Of a stretch of 64,000 nucleotides of DNA, positions 27,053 through 36,361 are shown one piece after another. Each line of letters opens with the position of its first letter. The stretch's first letter is position 1. The position numbers and the translations under genes were made by a program. The notes below the pieces were generated by a model that was not told where the DNA came from, ran no database searches, and saw only the letters and a program-made list of their open reading frames with translations. The DNA comes from an uncultured bacterium (lineage in GTDB: Bacteria > Desulfobacterota > Desulfobaccia > Desulfobaccales > 0-14-0-80-60-11): the NCBI GenBank assembly GCA_937943575.1, contig CALEAV010000014.1:51857-115856 (forward strand), read 5' to 3'.

Positions 27053-27781
27053 TCAGGGACCCTTGGCCCGCCGGCCCTGGCGCAGATCCGCCGCCGCCTG
27101 GGGAGGGAGCCCGGCAGCCAGAAGCGCCCGGGCGGTGCGCTCCACGTCATACACCACCCGCCGGATCTCCACCTGCACCTCTCCCTCAACCTCCAGCAGG
27201 GCATAGCTGGCCCGGGGATCACCGTCCTTGGGGAAGCCGACGCTCCCCGGATTGACGAGCCACTTGCCCGCCACCTGCCGCACCAGGGGGATATGGGTGT
27301 GGCCCACCAGCAGCACCTCCTCGCTGATCTCCCCCACCACCGGGGCCAGCTCGGCGTCAGTGAGCCGGGGCCGCAAATACTCCCGCACGTGCCGGGGGCT
27401 GCCGTGGGTCAGAAGCAGGCGGCGGCCGGCCACCTGCAGGGAGAGGCGCCGGGGCAGGCCCCGGAGATAGGCCTTGGTCTCCTGCCTCACCCGCTCCCGG
27501 GTCCAATGGTAAATGGCCCGGCCCATCTCCGTGATGGCCGGGTTGAGAAATTCCGCCACGGGATCCGGGACCTCCGCCGCCACCGCCAGATCATAATTGC
27601 CCACCACGCCTGTCAGACCCAGATCCCGGACGCGGGTCACCACCTCCTCCGGAAAGGGGTTGTAGCCTACCAAGTCCCCCAGATGATAAACCGCCTGCGC
27701 CTTCTTAGCGGCGATCTCCTCCAAAACCGCCTCCAGGGCGGGGAGATTGCCGTGGATGTCCGAGATGACCGCCAATCTCAT
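27053..27781 (-). CDS. Metallophosphoesterase (YfcE/MJ0936-like)
   Basis: MRLAVISDIHGN, GDLVGY, VVGNYD and GHTH motifs. Confidence 0.8.
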   Translation of the reverse strand: MRLAVISDIHGNLPALEAVLEEIAAKKAQAVYHLGDLVGYNPFPEEVVTRVRDLGLTGVVGNYDLAVAAEVPDPVAEFLNPAITEMGRAIYHWTRERVRQETKAYLRGLPRRLSLQVAGRRLLLTHGSPRHVREYLRPRLTDAELAPVVGEISEEVLLVGHTHIPLVRQVAGKWLVNPGSVGFPKDGDPRASYALLEVEGEVQVEIRRVVYDVERTARALLAAGLPPQAAADLRQGRRAKGP

Positions 27782-28023
27782 GGCCTCTCAATGAGCCGCC
27801 TGATCTCTGTGGGAGATGGGGCGGGGGCAAGGCCCCTCCGCGCTTCCCCGACCCCCCCCTCACCCTCCTGACTTCCTGCCATGGAGGCCCGGGCCTCGAT
27901 TTCTCTGGGGTGATGAGGGTGGGCAAGGAGGGCGCCGACCCCCGCCTCCCCCCATAAAATCGGTTGCGCAAATCTGGTCGTGGATTCCGCCCGACAGCTC
28001 CACTCCCCCCACCACAGCCGGGC

Positions 28024-29235
28024 TCATGTCGGGGGCGTGCACTGCACCTGATAGCCCGCCTGGGCCAGGGCCGCACATACCTGCTCGCCGTGAGCGGCGC
28101 TCCGGGTCTCCAGGTGCAACTCCACCCGGGTGAGGTCCAGAGGCAGGTCCCGGGCCATGCGGTCATGGAAGAGGTGCAGGATGTTGGCCTCCTGCTCCCC
28201 CACCAGGGTGGCCAGGCGCCCCAAGGAGCCGGGCCGGTCCGGCAGGACCACGGTGAGAGTGAGGAGGCGGCCCTTGAGGAGCAGCGCCCTGACCAGCACC
28301 CGCTCCAGGAGCGGAATATCCATATTGCCGCCGCTCACCACCAGCACCACCCGGCGGCCCAGGTCCCGGCCGGCCAGGGGCCCGAGCAGCGCCGCCGCGG
28401 TCACCGCGCCGGCCCCCTCGGCCAATACTTTTTTGCTCTCCAGGAGCAACAGCACCGCCTGGGCGATGTCCCCCTCCCCCACCAGCACCACCTCGTCCAG
28501 CAGGCGCTTGAGCAGCGGAAAGGTGTGCCCGCCGGTCACCGGCACCCGGATACCGTCGGCCAGGGTCTCCCGGGCGGCCACCGGCGCGGGCTCTCCCTGG
28601 GCCAGGGCCGCAGCCAGAGACGGCACCTGGGCCGTCTGGACCCCCACCAGCCGCACCGCGTGGTGAGCCTCCTTCAGGGCCACGGCACAGCCCGCCGCCA
28701 GCCCGCCGCCGCCCACCGGCAGGAGGACCGCGTCCACCTCCGGCAGGTCCTCCAGAATCTCCAGCCCCAGGGTGCCCTGGCCGGCCACCACCTCGGGGTC
28801 ATCGTAAGGGTGAATGAAGATGTAACCCTGGTCCGCCAGCTCCCGGGCCCGGGCCAGAGCCTGGGAGAGATCCCGGCCATGCAGAAGGACCTGGGCGCCG
28901 TAACCCTGGGCGGCGAGCTGCTTGGTGAGGGAGGCCCCCTCCGGCATGACGATGACCGCCTCCAGCCCCAGGACCCCGGCGGCAAAGGCCACCGCCTGGC
29001 CGTGGTTGCCGGCGGAGGCCGCCACCACCCGCCGGCCCTCCCCCCGCTCCTTCAGAAGCGTCAAACGGTTTAGGGCCCCCCGGAGCTTGAAGGAGCCGGT
29101 GGTCTGAAGATTCTCCAGCTTGAGATGGACCTCGGCCCCGGCCAGCCGGCTCAGGGTGCGGGAGTAGACCAGGGGGGTGCGGAGCGCCAGCCCCATAAGC
29201 CGCGTCCGGGCCGCTTGGATCTCCGCCAGGGTCAT
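28024..29235 (-). CDS. ilvA: Threonine ammonia-lyase (threonine dehydratase) with a C-terminal ACT-like domain
   Basis: PLP-lysine motif TGSFKLRGA, SAGNHGQA and a GGGGL loop. The start is at 29235 (MTLAEI) or 29286. Confidence 0.85.
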   Translation of the reverse strand: MTLAEIQAARTRLMGLALRTPLVYSRTLSRLAGAEVHLKLENLQTTGSFKLRGALNRLTLLKERGEGRRVVAASAGNHGQAVAFAAGVLGLEAVIVMPEGASLTKQLAAQGYGAQVLLHGRDLSQALARARELADQGYIFIHPYDDPEVVAGQGTLGLEILEDLPEVDAVLLPVGGGGLAAGCAVALKEAHHAVRLVGVQTAQVPSLAAALAQGEPAPVAARETLADGIRVPVTGGHTFPLLKRLLDEVVLVGEGDIAQAVLLLLESKKVLAEGAGAVTAAALLGPLAGRDLGRRVVLVVSGGNMDIPLLERVLVRALLLKGRLLTLTVVLPDRPGSLGRLATLVGEQEANILHLFHDRMARDLPLDLTRVELHLETRSAAHGEQVCAALAQAGYQVQCTPPT

Positions 29236-29278
29236 GGCGGGGCCGCCCTTGCCCGAGGTCCCGGGGACATCGCCGGCC

Positions 29279-29716
29279 TCAGGCACGCTGGGCCTTGCGC
29301 CAGCCCGCCGCCTTGACCTCCCTCACATACGCCAGCCATTCTTCCTTCAGGGTCTTCATATACAAGGGCAGGTTCTCCTTGATGAGGGGCTCCAGGCGCC
29401 GATGCAGGGCGGCGTTGACCTCCAGGTCATGGGGGGTGAAGCCCTGCCAGCTGAGATAGCCCTCATCAAAGAGAAATTCCGGGGTGATCTCCGCCCGGAT
29501 GCCCCGTTGTTTCAGGAGGAACTGCGCCCCTTCCAGATCATATTCCATGATCCAGCCGCAGTCCTCCACCATGGTCTCGGCATCCCACTCCGCCAGGTGG
29601 CGGCATTCCGGGCAATACAAGGCCACCAGGATTTCCGGGGTGAGGATGTTGTCATAAAAATTGAGGTAGGCCGTCTGGCGGCCGCAGGCACAGACCCGGC
29701 TCTGCTGCAGGCACAT
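29279..29716 (-). CDS. Hypothetical protein with a CxC...CxxC cluster
   Basis: MCLQQSRVCACGRQ...YCPECRH. The composition looks coding, but I recognised no family. Confidence 0.45.
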   Translation of the reverse strand: MCLQQSRVCACGRQTAYLNFYDNILTPEILVALYCPECRHLAEWDAETMVEDCGWIMEYDLEGAQFLLKQRGIRAEITPEFLFDEGYLSWQGFTPHDLEVNAALHRRLEPLIKENLPLYMKTLKEEWLAYVREVKAAGWRKAQRA

Positions 29717-29812
29717 TTGGATCACTCCTCTTGCCAAGCTGCTCTGTTCTTACTAGTTTTTGGGCAGAATGACAAGAATTCCCCCGGGGGGCCCCTCCCA
29801 AGGAGGCCGGAG

Positions 29813-30556
29813 ATGGAAGTGATCAGGGAGGTTCTGACCCGGCTCCCGGGCCGTTTTTCCACGGAACTGGGGATTGAGGTGGCCGCCGGGCCCGGGGAGC
29901 GGCAGAAGTGGTTTCTGGCCGCGGTGCTCTTTGGGGCCCGCATCTCCGGCCGGCTGGCGGCCCGCACCTACCGGGTCTTCGAGGCTGCCGGCGTCCTCAC
30001 TCCCCCGGCCGTCCTCAAGACCGGCTGGGATGGCCTGGTGGCGCTTTTGGATGAAGGCGGCTACGCCCGTTATGACTTTAAGACCGCCACCAAGCTCCTC
30101 AATTTGATGGAGAGTCTGGAGCGGGATTACGACGGCGACCTGGACAAGCTGGCGGCCGCCGCCACTGACCCCCGGGACCTGGAGCGGCGCCTCATGGCCC
30201 TGGGCAAGGGGGTGGGGCCGGCCACGGTCAACATCTTTTTGCGGGAACTCCGGGATGTCTGGCCCCTGGCCCGGCCGCCCCTCGGCCCCCTGGCGCAGCT
30301 GGCGGCGGAACACCTGAAGCTCCTTCCCCCCGGCCTCGATCCGCAGGCCGCCCTGGCAGCCCTGGAGGAGGCCTGGCGGGCAGCGCCGGTCCCCGGCTCC
30401 GTCTTTGCCGATCTGGAGGCGGCCCTGGTGCGCCTGGGGCGGGACTTCTGCCGCAAGGCGCGCCTTACCCGGCCCTGTCCCCTGGCGGCGGTCTGCGGCC
30501 GGGGTCCGGAAAGTCTAGGCGCAAAGCCGAAGCCTTCCCCCAAGTCTGGGTCTTGA
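29813..30556 (+). CDS. Helix-hairpin-helix (endonuclease III-like superfamily) protein
   Basis: An AGGAGG RBS at 29801 precedes the ATG at 29813. The HhH-like segment is LGKGVGPATVNIFLRELRDVW. This is the C-terminal part of a longer spurious ORF. Confidence 0.5.
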   Translation: MEVIREVLTRLPGRFSTELGIEVAAGPGERQKWFLAAVLFGARISGRLAARTYRVFEAAGVLTPPAVLKTGWDGLVALLDEGGYARYDFKTATKLLNLMESLERDYDGDLDKLAAAATDPRDLERRLMALGKGVGPATVNIFLRELRDVWPLARPPLGPLAQLAAEHLKLLPPGLDPQAALAALEEAWRAAPVPGSVFADLEAALVRLGRDFCRKARLTRPCPLAAVCGRGPESLGAKPKPSPKSGS

Positions 30557-30671
30557 TGCTTCCTGGGCCGCATGCCGCCGACCCGGCCCGGGGCACGGCC
30601 CCGGAAAAGGGCGCGGCCTGTCGTTCCGCCATCTCCCTCCCCAGAGTGCCCTGTCCCCGCCTTTCCTTCCC

Positions 30672-30684
30672 GGCAAAGTTTGCC
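30672..30684. promoter_or_regulatory. Palindrome GGCAA-N3-TTGCC, candidate enhancer (UAS) for a sigma54 activator
   Basis: GGCAAAGTTTGCC is centred 61 nt upstream of the -24 GG at 30739. The same palindrome type occurs 71 nt upstream of the flgF sigma54 promoter. Confidence 0.4.
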
Positions 30685-30737
30685 GCGCCTCACGGGTCTT
30701 AAACGTTTTTTTCAACGAAAACAGCAAGATGTGTTTA

Positions 30738-30753
30738 TGGCATTTATTTTGCT
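30738..30753 (+). promoter_or_regulatory. Sigma54 promoter (-24/-12)
   Basis: TGGCAT-TTATT-TTGCT has exact GG-N10-GC spacing and lies 28 nt upstream of the ATG at 30781. The flanking TATGGCATT...TTGCTA is identical to the flgF promoter. Confidence 0.6.
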
Positions 30754-30780
30754 ACTTGAAAGGGCAAAAATCCGAAGGAG

Positions 30781-31101
30781 ATGGCGGTGGAGATCACCCG
30801 TCTGACCCTGGATGGCACCCCGGGCCTTAGGGAACCGGAAGAGCACAAGGAGGCCGGGGCGCCGGGTCCTCGGCAAACGACGGCCATGCCCCGGACCGGC
30901 GAGGACCGGGTGGACCTGGTCCGGGCCCAGAACCTGGCCTCCCCCCTGCCCCAGGACCTGGATCTCAAAGAGGCCCTGCGTCTTCTCACCCAGGTGACCC
31001 GGCAGGTGGAGGCGGCGGACCGGCAGGACCTGCGGCGGCTCTTTCACGACGAGCCGCTGCGGGAGCTATGCTGCCGCCTGGCCAAGGCTGCCGGCGCCTG
31101 A
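30781..31101 (+). CDS. Hypothetical 106-aa protein, sigma54-dependent (likely flagellar regulon)
   Basis: An AAGGAG RBS precedes the start. The N-terminal half looks disordered and the C-terminal half helical (DLKEALRLLTQVTRQVEAADRQDLRRLF). I recognised no family. Confidence 0.5.
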   Translation: MAVEITRLTLDGTPGLREPEEHKEAGAPGPRQTTAMPRTGEDRVDLVRAQNLASPLPQDLDLKEALRLLTQVTRQVEAADRQDLRRLFHDEPLRELCCRLAKAAGA

Positions 31102-31344
31102 GGACGGCTGTCCCCGGGGCAGGAAGGCCGAACGGGAGAGGGGGCAGGCTCAATCCTCACCCGGGGCTACCCGGGGCCGGGGGAAAGGGACGAGAGGGCC
31201 TGCATCGGCTTGGAGGCGAGCGATGCCGTCACCAAGACCGGCAGATCCGGCGAGTTACCCTGGCTCGGGGAAGAGGAACGGGCCCGTCCTGCGGGAGGCC
31301 GGGCCTTCATGGCCCCGTGGGTCTATGGGGAAAAGCTCCCGGGG

Positions 31345-31727
31345 AAATTCTCCTTACCCCGGGGGACGGGGATGAAAGGATAAGCAGCCGGCTATATCCC
31401 TGAGAGGGGGCATTCTCTCCCTGGAGGCGGGATGAAAGGATGCGGCTGGCGACCTGGGGGCCGGCGGTGGCACTCCTTGCCGGAACGGAAACGAGGGAGG
31501 CAAGGACGGTCTTAGCATGCGCCTCCTTAAGAGGCCCATGCTTTCCCGGGACTAAAGATACAAGGTGATGAGGTCCAGCGGGCGCAGGGCCCCGGGACGC
31601 GGGGATGAAAGCCGGGAGTATATCGAGGAGCAACCATCATTACTTCCCGGGACGCAGGGGTGAAAGGGGGGCGGGCCAGAGCCACCGTCCCCCCATCTCA
31701 TCAAATCCCGGGACGGGCGGGTGATTG
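31345..31727 (+). repeat. Degenerate tandem array of at least 7 units with GGA-loop hairpins; CRISPR-like geometry, possible structured RNA
   Basis: Units end near 31380, 31440, 31506, 31568, 31612, 31668 and 31727. The conserved core is approximately CATTnCTT-CCCGGGACGCGGGG-ATGAAAGGA. Weaker copies extend back to about 31108. Confidence 0.7.
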
Positions 31728-31733
31728 TTTTTG
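31702..31733 (+). terminator. Possible intrinsic terminator ending the array transcript
   Basis: The imperfect hairpin CAAATCCCG-GGACGGG-CGGGTGATTG is followed by GTTTTT, the only T-run in this GC-rich stretch. Confidence 0.35.
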
Positions 31734-31975
31734 AGGGGGTGTCGGGGCCGGGGCCTCCCCGCCCTCTTCCCCCCGGCCCTCTCCTGGTAAAAGTTCAGGA
31801 GATCGAGGCCAAGGCCCGATTTATCTTATAGTGAGGAAAGGAAAGGAGGAAGCCTCCCGGGGCGCCCTTCCTGCAGCCACCGGCGCCGATCCCCCCTCCG
31901 GGTGAGGCCCGGGAAGGCCCGCCCGGAAGAAACCGACCGAGGACGAGGCGAATTCTCTAAGGGAAGTAGCTGCCC

Positions 31976-32404
31976 ATGAAAATCGACGATTTGGTGCACC
32001 TGGTCACCCCCCCTGCCGCCCAGCCCTCCTCCCGGCGGCCGGAGGAGGATTTTGCCCTGTATCTGGGCGCGGCGGTGCAGAGTTTCGCCCCGGGGGACGA
32101 CACCACCGGGGCGGTCCCGGTCTCCGGGCCCACCGCCGTCACCCCCCCCGACCCCGATTCCCCCTTTGCAGCCCTGGAGGCGGGCCTGCGGCGGCTGGAG
32201 GCCTTTGCCCGGGGACTGGCGAATCCCGGGATGACTCTCCGGGACCTGGAGCCCCTGGCCCGGGAACTCCTGCGGGACAGCCATCGCCTGAACACCTGGG
32301 CCCGGTCCGTGCCGCCCACCTCCCCCTTGCGGGCCTTCACCGAGGAAGCTGCCGCCCTGGCCTACGTGGAGAGTCTAAAGTTCCAGCGGGGTGATTACCT
32401 CTGA
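31976..32404 (+). CDS. Hypothetical 142-aa protein
   Basis: ORF with a Pro-rich middle section and a helical C-terminal half. I recognised no family, and the RBS (GGGAAG) is weak. Confidence 0.45.
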   Translation: MKIDDLVHLVTPPAAQPSSRRPEEDFALYLGAAVQSFAPGDDTTGAVPVSGPTAVTPPDPDSPFAALEAGLRRLEAFARGLANPGMTLRDLEPLARELLRDSHRLNTWARSVPPTSPLRAFTEEAAALAYVESLKFQRGDYL

Positions 32405-32936
32405 GCTTGGGCAAGGGCACCCCGGGATCAGGAGGAAGGCCGGCAAAATCACCGGTAACAAGAAGAGGACTCCCGGGCCCCGGCCCCGCATCCCGGAGCC
32501 CCCGCCCGATGGGGGGAGCAGCCCTTGCGGGTCCCGCCGCCCCAAAGGGCCGCAAAAGGTCACCGGCGGCGGCTGAATGGCACTGCGAAGCAAATATCGG
32601 CCGGCAGGGCGGGACAGGGGCGAAAGCCAGGCCAAAGCCAACGCTGAGGGAGCGAAGGGGAAGTGGGGATGGGGCACGACCCCTTGCCCGCTCCCCTGGG
32701 GTTTCGCCCGGGACAAGGGTGTACCGGCGCCGTCCCCGCCGTGGGCCCTGGGCACCTCCGTGGCCCCTGATGACCTTTTGGGAGCCGGCCGGAGCTTCGA
32801 CCCGGTCCGGCGGCAGGCCGGGCCCCGGCGAGGCAAGGTTCGGGGCAAAAAGGCCCTCCTGCCCAGGACCCCCGGGGGCCGGGCCCACCCGTCCCCGGGT
32901 CAGGAGGGCTCAGGGCGGGGCCGGGGCCGGCAGACC

Positions 32937-33473
32937 TCAGGCAGTCAGGGTCAGTTTCCGGGCCAGCACCAGGCCGTCGTCCTCCAGCCGGCGGATCTCC
33001 ACCTCCACTTCCCGGCCGCTCAGGGTGAGGAGGGCATAGGTGGCCTGGTGCCCCCGGTCCACCGTGCCCTTGAGATGCCCGGGATTGAGCCACCAGCCGC
33101 TCTCCCGCTCCTCCAGGGCCGGGACATGGGTGTGGCCATAGAGGGTGAGATCCGCCTCCCAGGCCGCCTCCTTAGGATCCGGGTCCCCGGGGCGGTCGTG
33201 GCGGTGGCGGCTGTCGGTGTGGGTGAGGAACAGTTTCACCCCGCCCAGCTCCACCAGCCGGCGGTTGGGAATGCGGGCCTCGGCATATTCCGGGCAGTAG
33301 ACCCCCGGCACCCCGATCACCTCCAGACCCCGGGCGGAGAGGAAGGCAAGATCACGATAGTCGTCGCCCAGATGCAGGACGAGGGAGACGCCTTTCCCGT
33401 GCAGAAGAGTGGCCAGTCTCTCCATGGCCCGGGTATTGCCGTGGCTGTCGCTGATCACCGCCACCCGCATCAT
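32937..33473 (-). CDS. Metallophosphoesterase (YfcE-like), second copy in the window
   Basis: MMRVAVISDSHGN, HLGDD, THTD and GHTHVP motifs. Confidence 0.8.
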   Translation of the reverse strand: MMRVAVISDSHGNTRAMERLATLLHGKGVSLVLHLGDDYRDLAFLSARGLEVIGVPGVYCPEYAEARIPNRRLVELGGVKLFLTHTDSRHRHDRPGDPDPKEAAWEADLTLYGHTHVPALEERESGWWLNPGHLKGTVDRGHQATYALLTLSGREVEVEIRRLEDDGLVLARKLTLTA

Positions 33474-33849
33474 TTTCCCTGCCTCCCGTCTGGCAATCTC
33501 ACGCCCAGACGATCCAAGTCTGATAAAGCTGAAAAGCAGGCACCTTCCGTCTGGCGGTGTCATCCCGGCGGAGCCGAAGACGTCTGCCCCGGACCGGGGG
33601 GTAATAAAGGCCGGGCGCCGAAGACCCCCTCATCTGCCGGGCGTCCACCCCCGAAGGTGGTGGCTGACGGCAGGGGGCCCGGGAGACTCCGGCGGAGGGG
33701 ATGTATCTTCAGGCAAACAAGGGTCAGGCTCTGCCATGAACACCGGAGCAGCGACTGGGCGCCCCTGCCCCCGCCTCCGGGGGAGTCATCTTCCCCCTGG
33801 CCGGTGAGGGATTTCCGGCCCGACCCCATCGCCTCAGGACGCGGGACCG

Positions 33850-35163
<1,314 letters not shown>

Positions 35164-35428
35164 GATGCGTATCCGCCTCAGTTCCCGGGGGCGGCAGAGG
35201 CGCACCCCCCTCTTCTGCCCCCGGTGGGAGGGCCGGGATGATGGAACTGTCACCGGCAGGGTTCATGAACCGGATACTGGCGCGCCTTTCCACCGCCCTC
35301 TCTTTCCCCCTCCTTTGACGGCTGCCACGGAGAGGGGATGCTGCCGGCGGTTTCCCCATGAAAAGGGCAAGGGGGACTGCGCCGGGGCAGCAGGGTCCTG
35401 AGCGCCCCCCTCCCTCCCCTCCCCCCGG

Positions 35429-36358
35429 CTACAGCAGGATCTTAATGTGGGCCTTCTGGCGCAGCGTCTTGAGATACTCGCCGAAGCGCTTGGCCATTTC
35501 CTGGCGTTGCAGGGCCTGGCGGATGCGGGGGGCCATCTCCTCATAACTGCGGGTTTCGGTGCCGGTCCTGCGGCTCACCAGCTCCACCAGCTGCAGGCCC
35601 TGGGGGCTTTCCACCACCCCCACCTGCCGGGGCTGCAGCTTGCGGAGAAACCCGGCCAGCTGGGGGTTGAGATCGTCCTCGGCGATGACCCCCAGATCCT
35701 GCAGGGGCAACCCATGGCGCCGGCTCAAGGTCTCCAGATCGGCCCCCTGCCTGTATTCGCCGGCGAGGGCCTCCGCCTTTTTCCGGGCCTCCTCCCCGGC
35801 GGGCAGGCTCAGGATCTTCAGGTGGACCTGGGTGCCCTTTTCCTTGGGGACCTCGGTCTCATAGATGCGGCGCACCTCACTTTCCGTCACCGGCGGCAGG
35901 TTGGGCCCCAGGACCAGGGCCATGAGGCGATCCTGCAGGATCTGGCCCCGGATCCGCTCCTTCAGTTCATTCAAGGTCATATGGGCCTTGCCCAAGGCCT
36001 CCTGCAGGGCGGCGTCATCCTTGAGACGGTTTTGCCGCTTGAAGTCCTCCAGGGCCGCCTCCAGCTCCTTGTCCGTGACGTTTAGGCCTCGCCGTTTGGC
36101 TTCGGCGTTGGCCAGTTTCTGGTCGATGAGGGCCTCCAAAATCTCCCGCTGGAAGGCCTTGTCCCTGGCCCGGCTCTCCATTCCCGGCCGGAAATGCATG
36201 CTCTTGATCATCATCTCCAGCTCTGAAAGGCTGATGACCTCGTCGTTGACCACCGCCACGATGCGGTCCACCACCTCCGCCGCCGCCCGCCCTGCCCAAG
36301 CCGCCGCCAAGATGAGCGCCCCGCACATGATGCCCCGGAGGGCCGATTTCCCTTTCAT
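35429..36358 (-). CDS. SurA-like periplasmic chaperone / peptidyl-prolyl isomerase family protein
   Basis: Signal peptide followed by a SurA N-terminal-like region (VDRIVAVVNDEVISLSELE). The PPIase-domain assignment is weak. Confidence 0.65.
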   Translation of the reverse strand: MKGKSALRGIMCGALILAAAWAGRAAAEVVDRIVAVVNDEVISLSELEMMIKSMHFRPGMESRARDKAFQREILEALIDQKLANAEAKRRGLNVTDKELEAALEDFKRQNRLKDDAALQEALGKAHMTLNELKERIRGQILQDRLMALVLGPNLPPVTESEVRRIYETEVPKEKGTQVHLKILSLPAGEEARKKAEALAGEYRQGADLETLSRRHGLPLQDLGVIAEDDLNPQLAGFLRKLQPRQVGVVESPQGLQLVELVSRRTGTETRSYEEMAPRIRQALQRQEMAKRFGEYLKTLRQKAHIKILL

Positions 36359-36361
36359 GGC

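Noticed and set aside
31590-31616. c-di-GMP-I (GEMM-I) riboswitch-like GGGACGC...AAAGCC motif
   Set aside because: The GGCAAAC and GNRA tetraloop-receptor architecture, and the second helix of GEMM-I, are not present. The motif is interrupted by an insertion and recurs as part of the repeat unit.
31655-31690. RNase P RNA-like segment (AGGGGTGAAAGGGGGGCGGGCCAGAGCCACC resembles GGGUGAAAGGGUGCGGUAAGAGCGCACC)
   Set aside because: The universally conserved GAGGAAAGUCCGGGC and ACAGAA P4 elements are absent from the surrounding sequence. The resemblance is limited to one unit of the repeat array.
31108-31735. Calling the 31-kb array a functional CRISPR locus
   Set aside because: - The repeats are only partly identical to one another.
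- Spacing varies from about 45 to 66 nt.
- No cas gene occurs anywhere in the 64 kb, and I could not define a leader.

I therefore kept it as a degenerate tandem repeat with CRISPR-like geometry rather than typing it as CRISPR.
32421-32450. SRP (4.5S) RNA-like TCAGGAGGAAGGCCGG segment
   Set aside because: It does not match the conserved GGUCCGGAAGGAAGCAGCC domain IV sequence, and no extended hairpin is present.
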